Origin: Alphaproteobacteria bacterium
Lineage (GTDB): Bacteria; Pseudomonadota; Alphaproteobacteria; JBFXJJ01
Direction: 5' to 3'
Assembly (NCBI GenBank): GCA_050175015.1
Contig: JBFXJJ010000010.1
Span: forward strand, 1 to 64,000
DNA length: 64,000 bases
A program made the translations under genes and the position numbers. The notes beneath the pieces are model-generated. The model made no database searches. It was not told where the DNA came from and worked only from the letters and a program-made list of their open reading frames with translations. Below are positions 47,775 through 56,165 of this stretch, in pieces. Every line of letters starts with the position of its first letter. The stretch's first letter is position 1.

Positions 47775-48703
47775 ACCGCATTAAGACCTTGTTCTAATTC
47801 ATATAGTGCTTGCTGCGCATCTTTTCCTGCTGGTAAGTCTCCGTGCCATTTGGGATTGTTTTCCATAAAACTTACGCCTTTTCCAGGGGTGGTTCTAAGA
47901 CATACCGCAACGGGGCGATAGGATTTTTTAGCATAAAGGCAGGTATTTATAATTTCTTCAACGTTATGACCATTGCAGCCTATGACATTAAAACCAAACG
48001 AGGCATATTTATCTTTTATATTCCCTAAAGGCATAATTTCATCGGTTGTTCCTGTGTTCTGAATACCGTTGCAGTCGATAAAGATGGTTAAGTTTGACAG
48101 CTTATATTTATTAACACAAAGAAGAGCTTCCCAAATTTGTCCTTCTTGCTGTTCACCATCAGAGGTCAGAAGAAAAATATGTTCAGAGCTATTTTTTAAG
48201 CTTAAAGCGGAACCTACAGCCAATGATATTCCTTGTCCCAATGAACCTGAAGCATTTTCAATTCCAAAATCAGGCAGAAAAGAGGGGTGTCCAGTCAACG
48301 GACTGCCAAGTTTGGTATAGCTTTCGAGGCAGCTTTCATCGAAATAACCAGCTTTAGCAAGAGTAGCATATATTACAGCCGAAATATGACCGCAGGAAAC
48401 AAACAAACGATCTCTCTTTCTCCACATAGGATTGGCAGGATTATGCCGTAGTCCACCGCCAAAATAAACTGCGGCAAAAAAATCTGCCAATCCTAAAGAT
48501 GATGCTGGGTGTCCATAATTAGCACCGAGCATAGTCCGCATAGTTAGAAGCCTAATTTCTGCGGCTTTTTTTATGGCACTTAGAACCTGAGGAGATTGGC
48601 TTTTATCTGGAGAAAAGGCCTTTGCCATAAAAGGAGACCAGTTAAGGTTTTTGAAAGTATGTTCGAAATTATAAGCTAGAGTTATATCATTCATCGTTTG
48701 CAA
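47771..48703 (-). CDS. Transketolase, N-terminal (ThDP-binding) subunit
   Basis: 'GHPASSL', 'RDR..S.GH', 'GSLGQG', ThDP motif 'SDGEQQEG...DCN', 'GKGVSFMEN..WH'. Confidence 0.92.
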   Translation of the reverse strand: MQTMNDITLAYNFEHTFKNLNWSPFMAKAFSPDKSQSPQVLSAIKKAAEIRLLTMRTMLGANYGHPASSLGLADFFAAVYFGGGLRHNPANPMWRKRDRLFVSCGHISAVIYATLAKAGYFDESCLESYTKLGSPLTGHPSFLPDFGIENASGSLGQGISLAVGSALSLKNSSEHIFLLTSDGEQQEGQIWEALLCVNKYKLSNLTIFIDCNGIQNTGTTDEIMPLGNIKDKYASFGFNVIGCNGHNVEEIINTCLYAKKSYRPVAVCLRTTPGKGVSFMENNPKWHGDLPAGKDAQQALYELEQGLNAV

Positions 48704-49479
48704 CTCCGATTGAATTTCATAAGCGTTATAACGTTGTTATTATTATCATTAATCGCAGCGGATATTTGCTTAGCTGCAATATTCCAAAAAGCTTTGTCCT
48801 GATTACCGTGTTTGTGATTGGCAATACTTATTAAACGTGTTTTGCAGCCAAGCTTTTTTAAGATTTTTTGAGAGTTTTTAGCGGCATTAAAATTGATAAC
48901 ATCGTCGTTGTTTCCATGTATGAAAACGATTTCGGGGTTTGAATTTATTCTTTGTTCTAATGTTTTTTCAAAAGGAGGAATTACTGCTCCCGCAACGGAT
49001 ATGGCTTTTCTAACTTTAAAATTGCGGGATAGAGCAAGATCTATCGCAGTCATTCCTCCTTGAGAATAGCCTAAAATAATGGTGTTGGTATCTGTTATAT
49101 TCCATTCTTTTTGGCACTTATCTAAAATAAGGTTTAAATCATAAGATATTCCAAATAAACCTTTTGTTTTTTCATCGCCTAGAGCCATTTTCATATAAGC
49201 TCTCCGCTCTTTTTGATCTAGGTCTGATGGTTTTTTAGCAAATAGTTCTTTAGTATAATTATTTTCAATGTCAAACCATTGATAGCTGTTTTCGCCTTCT
49301 TCTGATGGCATAACAGCTTCGGGGGCTATTGCCACAAAATTCTTTGGTATATCGAGCATTGGAGCAAGTTTCAATATGTCTTCGGCGTTACCGCCGCAGC
49401 CATGGAGCATAAAAAGCATTAAACTAGGCTTTTCATCTTTGTTGCTTAAATAGAATTTGACATTGGTTATATTAGTCAT
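48691..49479 (-). CDS. Alpha/beta hydrolase (phospholipase/carboxylesterase family)
   Basis: 'LHG.G', nucleophile 'GYSQGG', 'HGNNDDVI', C-terminal His. Confidence 0.88.
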   Translation of the reverse strand: MTNITNVKFYLSNKDEKPSLMLFMLHGCGGNAEDILKLAPMLDIPKNFVAIAPEAVMPSEEGENSYQWFDIENNYTKELFAKKPSDLDQKERRAYMKMALGDEKTKGLFGISYDLNLILDKCQKEWNITDTNTIILGYSQGGMTAIDLALSRNFKVRKAISVAGAVIPPFEKTLEQRINSNPEIVFIHGNNDDVINFNAAKNSQKILKKLGCKTRLISIANHKHGNQDKAFWNIAAKQISAAINDNNNNVITLMKFNRSCKR

Positions 49480-49619
49480 TTTTTTTCTTCTGTTTCGCTG
49501 TCTTTCTTTTCTTTTAAACGAGTCATAGCATTAGCAGCTTTTGCGCAAGGCTGTTCATCTTTCGTTGTGCTATTGATTTCTTCTGTTAAATCTGTGAATT
49601 TAAGATTTTTTAAAGTCAT
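49476..49619 (-). CDS. Unannotated 47-aa peptide MTLKNLKFTDLTEEINSTTKDEQPCAKAANAMTRLKEKKDSETEEKK
   Basis: Read manually; ATGA overlaps with both the upstream methyltransferase stop and the downstream hydrolase start. Confidence 0.75.
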   Translation of the reverse strand: MTLKNLKFTDLTEEINSTTKDEQPCAKAANAMTRLKEKKDSETEEKK

Positions 49620-50287
49620 TTTTTCACCATACGAAAGATGATTTTGTTAGCATAATAATCAATAAAATCAGTTACTTTAGGAAAATAATTTTCCCTATCT
49701 TGCCAGCATTTTACAAAACCTTGAGGAAGACATCTGGCAATGGACACTTCAAAACCTTCTTCCCAAAAAGCTTTAGCAAAATCGTTTATGGAATAATCAG
49801 GCACGGGAACATTGGAATACTCATCGACAATAGGCTTCCAGCGGTTCCATAGCGGCATTTCGTGATAACAGCCTGTCGTTGCATAATAGACGCCGTTTTT
49901 GTTTAGAACATTGGCAATTATTTTAGCGTGTTCAGTTAAATCTGGCAGGAGATAAATAACATCGTGGCTAAACGCAATGTCAATCTCACCTTTAATATTA
50001 TTAAGGAAACTAACGGTATCATAATGAACAGGTAAATTACCCTTAAGAGATTTAGCAACCTCTAAAGATTGGAGAGCTATATCTACGCCGATAGCTTTCT
50101 TAAAAGGACTAAGATAATAAAGCGTCCTTAAAAAACCGCCTTGGTTACAACCAAAATCGAGAACAGCCGAGTTGGCAAGATCTTTTTCCTGCATTTGGGT
50201 AATTATTGAACGCCAGAATGGTGCGTGGTGGTCGTTCATTACATTTTCTTCATCTTGAAGATTTGCCCAAGTATCAATATTGTCCAT
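49616..50287 (-). CDS. Class I SAM methyltransferase
   Basis: 'VLDFGCNQGGFL', 'IGVD', 'DIAFSHDVIY'. Confidence 0.88.
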   Translation of the reverse strand: MDNIDTWANLQDEENVMNDHHAPFWRSIITQMQEKDLANSAVLDFGCNQGGFLRTLYYLSPFKKAIGVDIALQSLEVAKSLKGNLPVHYDTVSFLNNIKGEIDIAFSHDVIYLLPDLTEHAKIIANVLNKNGVYYATTGCYHEMPLWNRWKPIVDEYSNVPVPDYSINDFAKAFWEEGFEVSIARCLPQGFVKCWQDRENYFPKVTDFIDYYANKIIFRMVKK

Positions 50288-50327
50288 TTCTTTTTGCTTT
50301 TTCCTTATTCTTTTGTTTTTTGTTGTT

Positions 50328-50351
50328 AAAAGTTTTATTTATAAAACTTTT
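50328..50351. promoter_or_regulatory. Palindromic operator candidate AAAAGTTTTAT-N2-ATAAAACTTTT
   Basis: Perfect 11-bp inverted repeat 40 bp upstream of the methyltransferase; near-identical copy at 51659-51682. Confidence 0.6.
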
Positions 50352-50372
50352 TGTTTAAATAAAAAGTGATAC

Positions 50373-50681
50373 TTAAATATGTTCCTCATTTATGGGTAGT
50401 TTTGACAAGTGTTGAACAGGAGCATCATATTCTCTGACAAGTTCTTCTTTATCGAATTCAACGATTAAAACCTGCTTCAAATTTTTGATAGTTGTTTGGG
50501 CAAGAGTGGGTAGAAAATCAAGAAGAAGGCTTTCTTCTTCACTGCGGTATAAAACGGCGTGTTTTCCTCCAGCATAAAGCATTCGAGGCGAAGAGGGCGC
50601 CTTGTTTCTTGATTTTATACTAAAAAGCAACTCTCCTTCTGGATTTTGTAAAACTTCATAATTTTTTTCTTGAATAAGCAT
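50373..50681 (-). CDS. Hypothetical protein
   Basis: Probable start MLIQEK at 50681, just after the upstream stop codon. Confidence 0.65.
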   Translation of the reverse strand: MLIQEKNYEVLQNPEGELLFSIKSRNKAPSSPRMLYAGGKHAVLYRSEEESLLLDFLPTLAQTTIKNLKQVLIVEFDKEELVREYDAPVQHLSKLPINEEHI

Positions 50682-50685
50682 TTTT

Positions 50686-51096
50686 TTAATCCCAATGTTT
50701 TCCCTTAGATGCCGCAATATATTTAAAAGTTGCTTTTTCAACAGCGCTTTGATTTTTTTCAACCGTTTCAAGCCCCAGAATTGGATCCTGTAAGCCCCCA
50801 GAAATTCCCGCAGCTTTTAAAAATTTATCAAAGGCTGCTGCCGTACTTTCGCCAAAAACTTTAGCTCCTTTAGGATTGGCTTCAATCATAGCTTCGGCTT
50901 TGCCATTGATTATTTTTGCTGCATTTTCGGCGCCGCCATTCATTAATACATACTGTCCTCTAGCTTCTTTGTTCAAAAGACTACGGAAAAAGCCCGCACA
51001 GCCAGGGCATCTGTCAGCACAGCCGTGCGCCTTAGCCTTTTCTAAATTTTTCATAGAAGCTTTTTCGTTTCCGTGTTCATGATGTTGATGTTGCAT
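50686..51096 (-). CDS. Small His-rich, CxxxCxxC-containing putative metal/Fe-S protein
   Basis: 'MQHQHHEHG' and 'CADRCPGC'; AGGAGA RBS. Confidence 0.7.
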   Translation of the reverse strand: MQHQHHEHGNEKASMKNLEKAKAHGCADRCPGCAGFFRSLLNKEARGQYVLMNGGAENAAKIINGKAEAMIEANPKGAKVFGESTAAAFDKFLKAAGISGGLQDPILGLETVEKNQSAVEKATFKYIAASKGKHWD

Positions 51097-51149
51097 CGTA
51101 AGTTTCTCCTAGTTTCTTATGTGATAGAAATGTTTTTTGTAAATAATTT

Positions 51150-51596
51150 TTAAGAAAGTTTAGATTTTAGCTGTTTAACCCAATCTTGAATTTCATTTTC
51201 AAAATCTTCGGGATCGCCATCTATTTTTAAACCTGATACGATGACGTTTCCTCCAAGATCTTTAGTCTTTTCTTCAATAGCATCAACAGCACCGCAAAAA
51301 TATTCAAAAGAAGAATCTCCGCAGCCAAAGGCTGCAACTTTTTTGCCGTTGATACCGATTAGGTTAAAGTCCTCAAAAAAATCACTGAAATCTTGTTGAA
51401 ATTCAATATCATCTGCTCCCCAAGTTGAAGAGCCAAACAATAAAACGTCATAATTTTCAGCTAAATTTCGAGGTTTGGTTTCAGAAACATTTTGCAACAC
51501 AACATCATAATCTTTCGCCAAAAGGGCTTCAATTTTTTGCGAAACAGTTTCGGTATTTCCTGTTGTTGAGCCATAAACAATTAAAATTTTAGTCAT
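51150..51596 (-). CDS. fld: Short-chain flavodoxin
   Basis: 'YGSTTGNTE', 'STWG', 'FGCGDSSFEYFCGAVD'; start MTKIL at 51596. Confidence 0.95.
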   Translation of the reverse strand: MTKILIVYGSTTGNTETVSQKIEALLAKDYDVVLQNVSETKPRNLAENYDVLLFGSSTWGADDIEFQQDFSDFFEDFNLIGINGKKVAAFGCGDSSFEYFCGAVDAIEEKTKDLGGNVIVSGLKIDGDPEDFENEIQDWVKQLKSKLS

Positions 51597-51658
51597 AATA
51601 CGTAGAATTAACTCCCGTAAGTTTATTTTAAAATTAACAATGTTTTTGGCGGTATTCA

Positions 51659-51682
51659 AAAAGTTTGATATATAAAACTTTT
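51659..51682. promoter_or_regulatory. Second copy of the palindromic operator (AAAAGTTTGAT-AT-ATAAAACTTTT)
   Basis: One arm mismatch relative to 50328-50351, same spacing, upstream of flavodoxin. Confidence 0.6.
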
Positions 51683-52082
51683 TATAAAAACATAATTATT
51701 TATATCTTCCATTCTTGTCAACATATTTTATTAAATTTTTTTAAATTAAGGTTAGACTTATTTTAATTAGTTATATATTGCATTGTTTATAATGAATTTT
51801 ATTTTTAACGAGGTGTTTTTAAAAAACATTCTTTAGGGTTACATTTTTGCAAGTAAGTAATAATTCTAGTTCGAAATAAAGGCTTTAGAGTAATGTAGAT
51901 TTTAATTTATAGTTTTTTTAATGCTTCCAATCTTGCGAGTCCTTATAAAGTGGCAGGCAATATGCCAATTATGGTTTATATTTTTGCCTTTTGTAAAGAA
52001 AATCAAAATTTGGGAGATAGCCATCGTAGATACTGTTAAGTGCAAAGAGCTCTAATTGCGATACGCTCAAAAATTTAATATC

Positions 52083-52126
52083 AAAAAATAATCCGCTTTC
52101 TGACATATCTAGAATGCGGATTATTT
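52083..52126 (-). terminator. Intrinsic terminator downstream of nfnB
   Basis: AAATAATCCGC...GCGGATTATTT stem with a T-run on the minus strand. Confidence 0.65.
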
Positions 52127-52275
52127 AATAAAGTTGATTATATTATAACAAACAACAAAAACAGTTGCGAAAGCTATAAATTCATCTTTTTAAAGAGGTT
52201 TTAAAATGATGTTTTTCTTAACTTTTTTCCCTATATTCGTTTTAAATTAGCTATAAGGCAAATTTAAAAAATATT

Positions 52276-53667
52276 CTATTTTGATAAAGATGTGTGAATA
52301 TCTTTGGCCGCTTTTCTTCCTGCTCCCATTGCCAAAATAACCGTTGCGGCTCCCGTTACAATGTCGCCCCCAGCCCAGACATTAGCTCTGGAGGTTTTGC
52401 CATTATCATCGGTTACGATATAACCCCATTTGTTAAGCTCTAGTCCTGAGCCTGACTTTGTTAAAATAGGATTAGCATCTGATCCGATTGATATAACGAC
52501 AGCATCACAGGGGATTTCGAAAAAATCATTCGTAACAGGAACAGGCCTGCGGCGGCCTTTTTCATCTGGTTCTCCAAGTTCCATACGTTGACATTTTAGT
52601 TTAGCAACACAGCCGTTATCATCACCAATAAATTCTACAGGGTTAGATAAAAGCTTAAAAATGATTCCTTCTTCTTCGGCGTGATGCACTTCTTCTGCTC
52701 TGGCAGGAAGTTCGTCTCTTCCTCTGCGGTAAACAATATAAACCTTATCGGCTCCAAGCCTTAGAGCCGTTCTTGCGGCGTCCATAGCAACATTGCCGCC
52801 GCCTAATACGCAGACCTCTTTTCCGATAGCAACAGGGGTGTCATAATTAGGAAAATCATAGGCTTTCATTAAGTTTGAGCGGGTTAAGTATTCGTTTGCT
52901 GAAAAGATATTGCCTAAATTTTCACCAGCTATTCCCAGAAATTTAGGAAGACCAGCCCCAACGGCAACGAATGCAGCATCAAAGCCTTCTTCTTCCATAA
53001 TATCATCAAGCAGAAGCGAACGCCCAATGACGGAATTAAGTTCAAATTTAACGCCCATTTTTTTCAAGCCGTCAATTTCTTTGCGAACGATTTCTTTAGG
53101 CAGACGAAATTCAGGAATACCATACATTAGAACGCCGCCTGGTTCGTGAAAGGCTTCAAAAACCGTAACATCATAACCTAATCTTGCAAGGTCTCCTGCG
53201 CACGCTAATCCCGAAGGGCCAGAACCAACGATTGCAACTTTTTTGCCGTTAGGTTCGATGCTAATAGCGTTTTTGTCAGACGCATTTTCTCGTTCATAGT
53301 CGGCAACAAAGCGTTCTAAGGAGCCAATAGCAACGGCTTCTCCCTTTTTGGCAAGAACACAGCGCTGTTCGCATTGGGTTTCCTGCGGGCACACTCTTCC
53401 ACAAACCGCAGGAAGCATATTCGCGGTTTTAATGGTTTGAGCGGCTTCTAAAGGCTTTCCTTCTGTTATTGCTTTGATAAATTGCGGGATAGGAACGGAA
53501 ACGGGGCATCCTTCAACACATTGAGGTTTTTTACATTGCAGGCATCGGCTGGCTTCAAGAGCGGCTTCTTCTTTCGAAAAACCCAAAGCAACTTCTTTAA
53601 AGTTATGACCTCTTTCTATTGGATCCTGATTTCTCATAGGAGTGCGGTTTATTTTGTTGTTTGCCAT
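52276..53667 (-). CDS. nfnB: NADH-dependent reduced ferredoxin:NADP oxidoreductase large subunit (NfnB/SudA, GltD-like)
   Basis: 'RCLQCKKPQCVEGCP', 'CGRVCPQETQCE', two dinucleotide-binding GxG motifs, 'GGDIVTGAATVI'; paired with nfnA. Confidence 0.85.
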   Translation of the reverse strand: MANNKINRTPMRNQDPIERGHNFKEVALGFSKEEAALEASRCLQCKKPQCVEGCPVSVPIPQFIKAITEGKPLEAAQTIKTANMLPAVCGRVCPQETQCEQRCVLAKKGEAVAIGSLERFVADYERENASDKNAISIEPNGKKVAIVGSGPSGLACAGDLARLGYDVTVFEAFHEPGGVLMYGIPEFRLPKEIVRKEIDGLKKMGVKFELNSVIGRSLLLDDIMEEEGFDAAFVAVGAGLPKFLGIAGENLGNIFSANEYLTRSNLMKAYDFPNYDTPVAIGKEVCVLGGGNVAMDAARTALRLGADKVYIVYRRGRDELPARAEEVHHAEEEGIIFKLLSNPVEFIGDDNGCVAKLKCQRMELGEPDEKGRRRPVPVTNDFFEIPCDAVVISIGSDANPILTKSGSGLELNKWGYIVTDDNGKTSRANVWAGGDIVTGAATVILAMGAGRKAAKDIHTSLSK

Positions 53668-53686
53668 TTTTTATACCCCTTCAAAA

Positions 53687-54532
53687 TTAATCTTTGTTTT
53701 CTCGATAACGTTCAAGTGAGCAATGTTCGTGCTTTTTATATAAGCGCTGTCTTGCCGAGAATAAATTCCAGTCAACACCATGCCCGTCAAATTCAGGTCC
53801 GTCAACGCAGGTAAATTTGGTTTCTCCGTGGACTAAAACTCTGCAGCCTCCGCACATTCCTGTGCCATCAATCATAATGGTATTAAGGCTTACAATGGTT
53901 TTTAGCTCATAAGGTCTTGTTGCTTCTGATACGACTTTCATCATAATTTCTGGACCAATGGCATAGCAAATGCCAGCTTTTTGAGATGAATTAGCTTTGC
54001 CTTGTTCTAAAATTTCTAAAAGAGGTTCGGTAACACGCCCTTTGCGGCCAAAGGTTCCATCGTCTGTGCAGACAATATGTTCATTGGCAATTTGTGCGAG
54101 TTTATCGTCCCAGAACAATAAATCTTTGGTTCTTGCTCCTTGAATTATGGTGATTTTATTTCCAGCTTCTCTCAAAGCTCTTGCTATGGGAAATATTGGG
54201 GCAGATCCAACACCGCCAGCAACCATTACGGCATGACCAAAGTTTTCAATTTCTGATGCGGTGCCTAATGGACCTAAAACAGCATAAAAGCTTTCGCCAA
54301 CTTCTTTGGCTGCAATTTTCATTGTGGATACGCCAACTGCCATCATAACCATAGTTAAGGTGTTCTTTTCACGGTTGAAATCGGCTATAGTTAGAGGAAT
54401 TCTTTCGCTTTTTTCATCAGCCATAACTAGAACAAATTGTCCTGGCTGACCTCTTTTAACGACTTTAGGAGCATCAACGGTAATCTCGTAAATATCCTTT
54501 GCGAGTAGTTTTTTTTCAAGGATTTTCGCCAT
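53687..54532 (-). CDS. nfnA: NfnA/SudB small subunit (FNR-like, 2Fe-2S)
   Basis: 'PGQFV', 'ERIPLTIAD', 'GPLG', 'GGVG', 'DGTGMCGGCRV..FTCVDGPEF'. Confidence 0.9.
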   Translation of the reverse strand: MAKILEKKLLAKDIYEITVDAPKVVKRGQPGQFVLVMADEKSERIPLTIADFNREKNTLTMVMMAVGVSTMKIAAKEVGESFYAVLGPLGTASEIENFGHAVMVAGGVGSAPIFPIARALREAGNKITIIQGARTKDLLFWDDKLAQIANEHIVCTDDGTFGRKGRVTEPLLEILEQGKANSSQKAGICYAIGPEIMMKVVSEATRPYELKTIVSLNTIMIDGTGMCGGCRVLVHGETKFTCVDGPEFDGHGVDWNLFSARQRLYKKHEHCSLERYRENKD

Positions 54533-54788
54533 AATTATTTCCTTATTTTTTTAGTTTTTAATTTATGATTTTAAGATTAGAGGTGTTTGAAAGATGCTTT
54601 CAAATTTTGAAGTAATCATAAAATAAAATTTAACATTTTAAAAGAGTGTAATGTTTTTAAATGCACTAAAAAGAGCAAATGGATAAAAATGAGCGTATTT
54701 CTAAAAAGATAGATGCTGCAAACTAAGATATGTATCCTTTTTAGATAATCATTTTAGTTGTTATAAAAAGATATTTTTTTAAAAGATA

Positions 54789-56165
54789 TTAAATTTTAGG
54801 AAAAACAAGCCCTGCATTAGCAACATAAGATGCCAGCTCATTTTTTATAAGGTCTAATGCATCTTTGTTTTCGCCTTCACATCTTGCGACCATAATTGGC
54901 TGTGTATTAGACCTTCTTAAAAGCCACCAGCCATCTTTTAATGAAACTCTTAGCCCATCGGTGAAATCAATTTTCGCCCCTTTTTCTTCCAGTTCTTTCT
55001 TTATTTTAGCGAGAACAACTTCTTTTAGATTCTCGGGGCAGTCTATTCTAATTTCAGGCGTGTTATAAACAATAGGCAGTTCTTTTGCTAGTTCTTCTAA
55101 AGTTTTTGAGGAATTGCCAATATATTTAATCAGTCGTGCCGCAGTATATAGCGCATCATCAAAACCGTAATATCTATCGGCGAAAAAAATATGACCGCTC
55201 ATTTCGCCAGCTAAAGGAGCTTTGGTTTCTACCATTTTAGCTTTTATAAAAGAATGACCCGTTTTCCACATTAACGGGGAGCCACCAAGCTTTTTTACCT
55301 CTTCGAAAAAGCGGTTAGATGCTTTAACATCGGCGATAATCGGCGCACCTTTATGGGTTTTAAGAACGTCTCGAGCAAGAAAAATCATAAACTGATCGCC
55401 CCACAAAATCTGCCCGTTCTTAAGGACAACTCCAATGCGGTCGCCATCGCCATCAAATCCAAGCCCAATATCAGCATCGCTTTCCTGAACTTTGGCAATA
55501 AGCTGCTCTAAATTTTTAGGAATAGTCGGGTCTGGGTGATGGTTGGGAAAAAGACCATCGATTTCTTGATTTATGATGATGTTTTGCGTTTTGCTTTGTT
55601 CTGTAATTTTCGCAACTATATCACCGCAAGAACCATTGCCTGTGTCCCATACTATTTTTAGGTTATCAATATCGATGAATTCATCAACAATTTTAGAAAC
55701 ATATTTGTTGCTTATATCAAGCGTATTTACTCGCCCTTGCCCTTCGGCATAAGACGCATCTTCTGCAATTTTGCCAATTTTTTTGATGCTATCACCAAAG
55801 AAAGCACCTTGGTTGAAAACAAATTTAAAGCCATTGTATTCTGAAGGGTTGTGCGAACCCGTAACCATAATACCTGACTTGGCATCGGTTTCATAACAAG
55901 AAAAATAAAGCATTGGGGTGGGACAGACTCCAATATCGATGACATCAACTCCAGTATCAACAATGCCTTCAATTAATGATTTTGCTAATTCTGGAGAAGA
56001 TAGTCTGCCATCTCTTCCGACTGCAATAACGTTGTTTTCTGGTTTTGCTATGGTTGCAAAGGCTCGCCCTATCGCATAGGCATCATCTGGATTTAGGTCC
56101 TGACCGAAAATTCCTCTAATATCAGAAGCTCTGAGTATATCGGGGCTAAAGATATGTTTTTTCAT
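54789..56165 (-). CDS. Phosphomannomutase/phosphoglucomutase (AlgC/ExoC-like)
   Basis: 'TGSHNP', 'FDGDGDR', 'GEMSGH', 'R.SNTQP'. Confidence 0.95.
   Translation of the reverse strand: MKKHIFSPDILRASDIRGIFGQDLNPDDAYAIGRAFATIAKPENNVIAVGRDGRLSSPELAKSLIEGIVDTGVDVIDIGVCPTPMLYFSCYETDAKSGIMVTGSHNPSEYNGFKFVFNQGAFFGDSIKKIGKIAEDASYAEGQGRVNTLDISNKYVSKIVDEFIDIDNLKIVWDTGNGSCGDIVAKITEQSKTQNIIINQEIDGLFPNHHPDPTIPKNLEQLIAKVQESDADIGLGFDGDGDRIGVVLKNGQILWGDQFMIFLARDVLKTHKGAPIIADVKASNRFFEEVKKLGGSPLMWKTGHSFIKAKMVETKAPLAGEMSGHIFFADRYYGFDDALYTAARLIKYIGNSSKTLEELAKELPIVYNTPEIRIDCPENLKEVVLAKIKKELEEKGAKIDFTDGLRVSLKDGWWLLRRSNTQPIMVARCEGENKDALDLIKNELASYVANAGLVFPKI

Noticed and set aside
50686-51096. Canonical radical SAM enzyme
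   Set aside because: Far too short for the partial TIM barrel and no other radical-SAM motifs; kept only as a metal-binding candidate.
51921-52055. Short ORF(s) in the flavodoxin-nfnB intergenic region
   Set aside because: No RBS or recognisable homology; cannot be supported as a gene or pseudogene.
52276-53667. Annotation as glutamate synthase small subunit gltD
   Set aside because: It is coupled to an NfnA/SudB gene and lies 30 kb from gltB, so NfnB is the better call.
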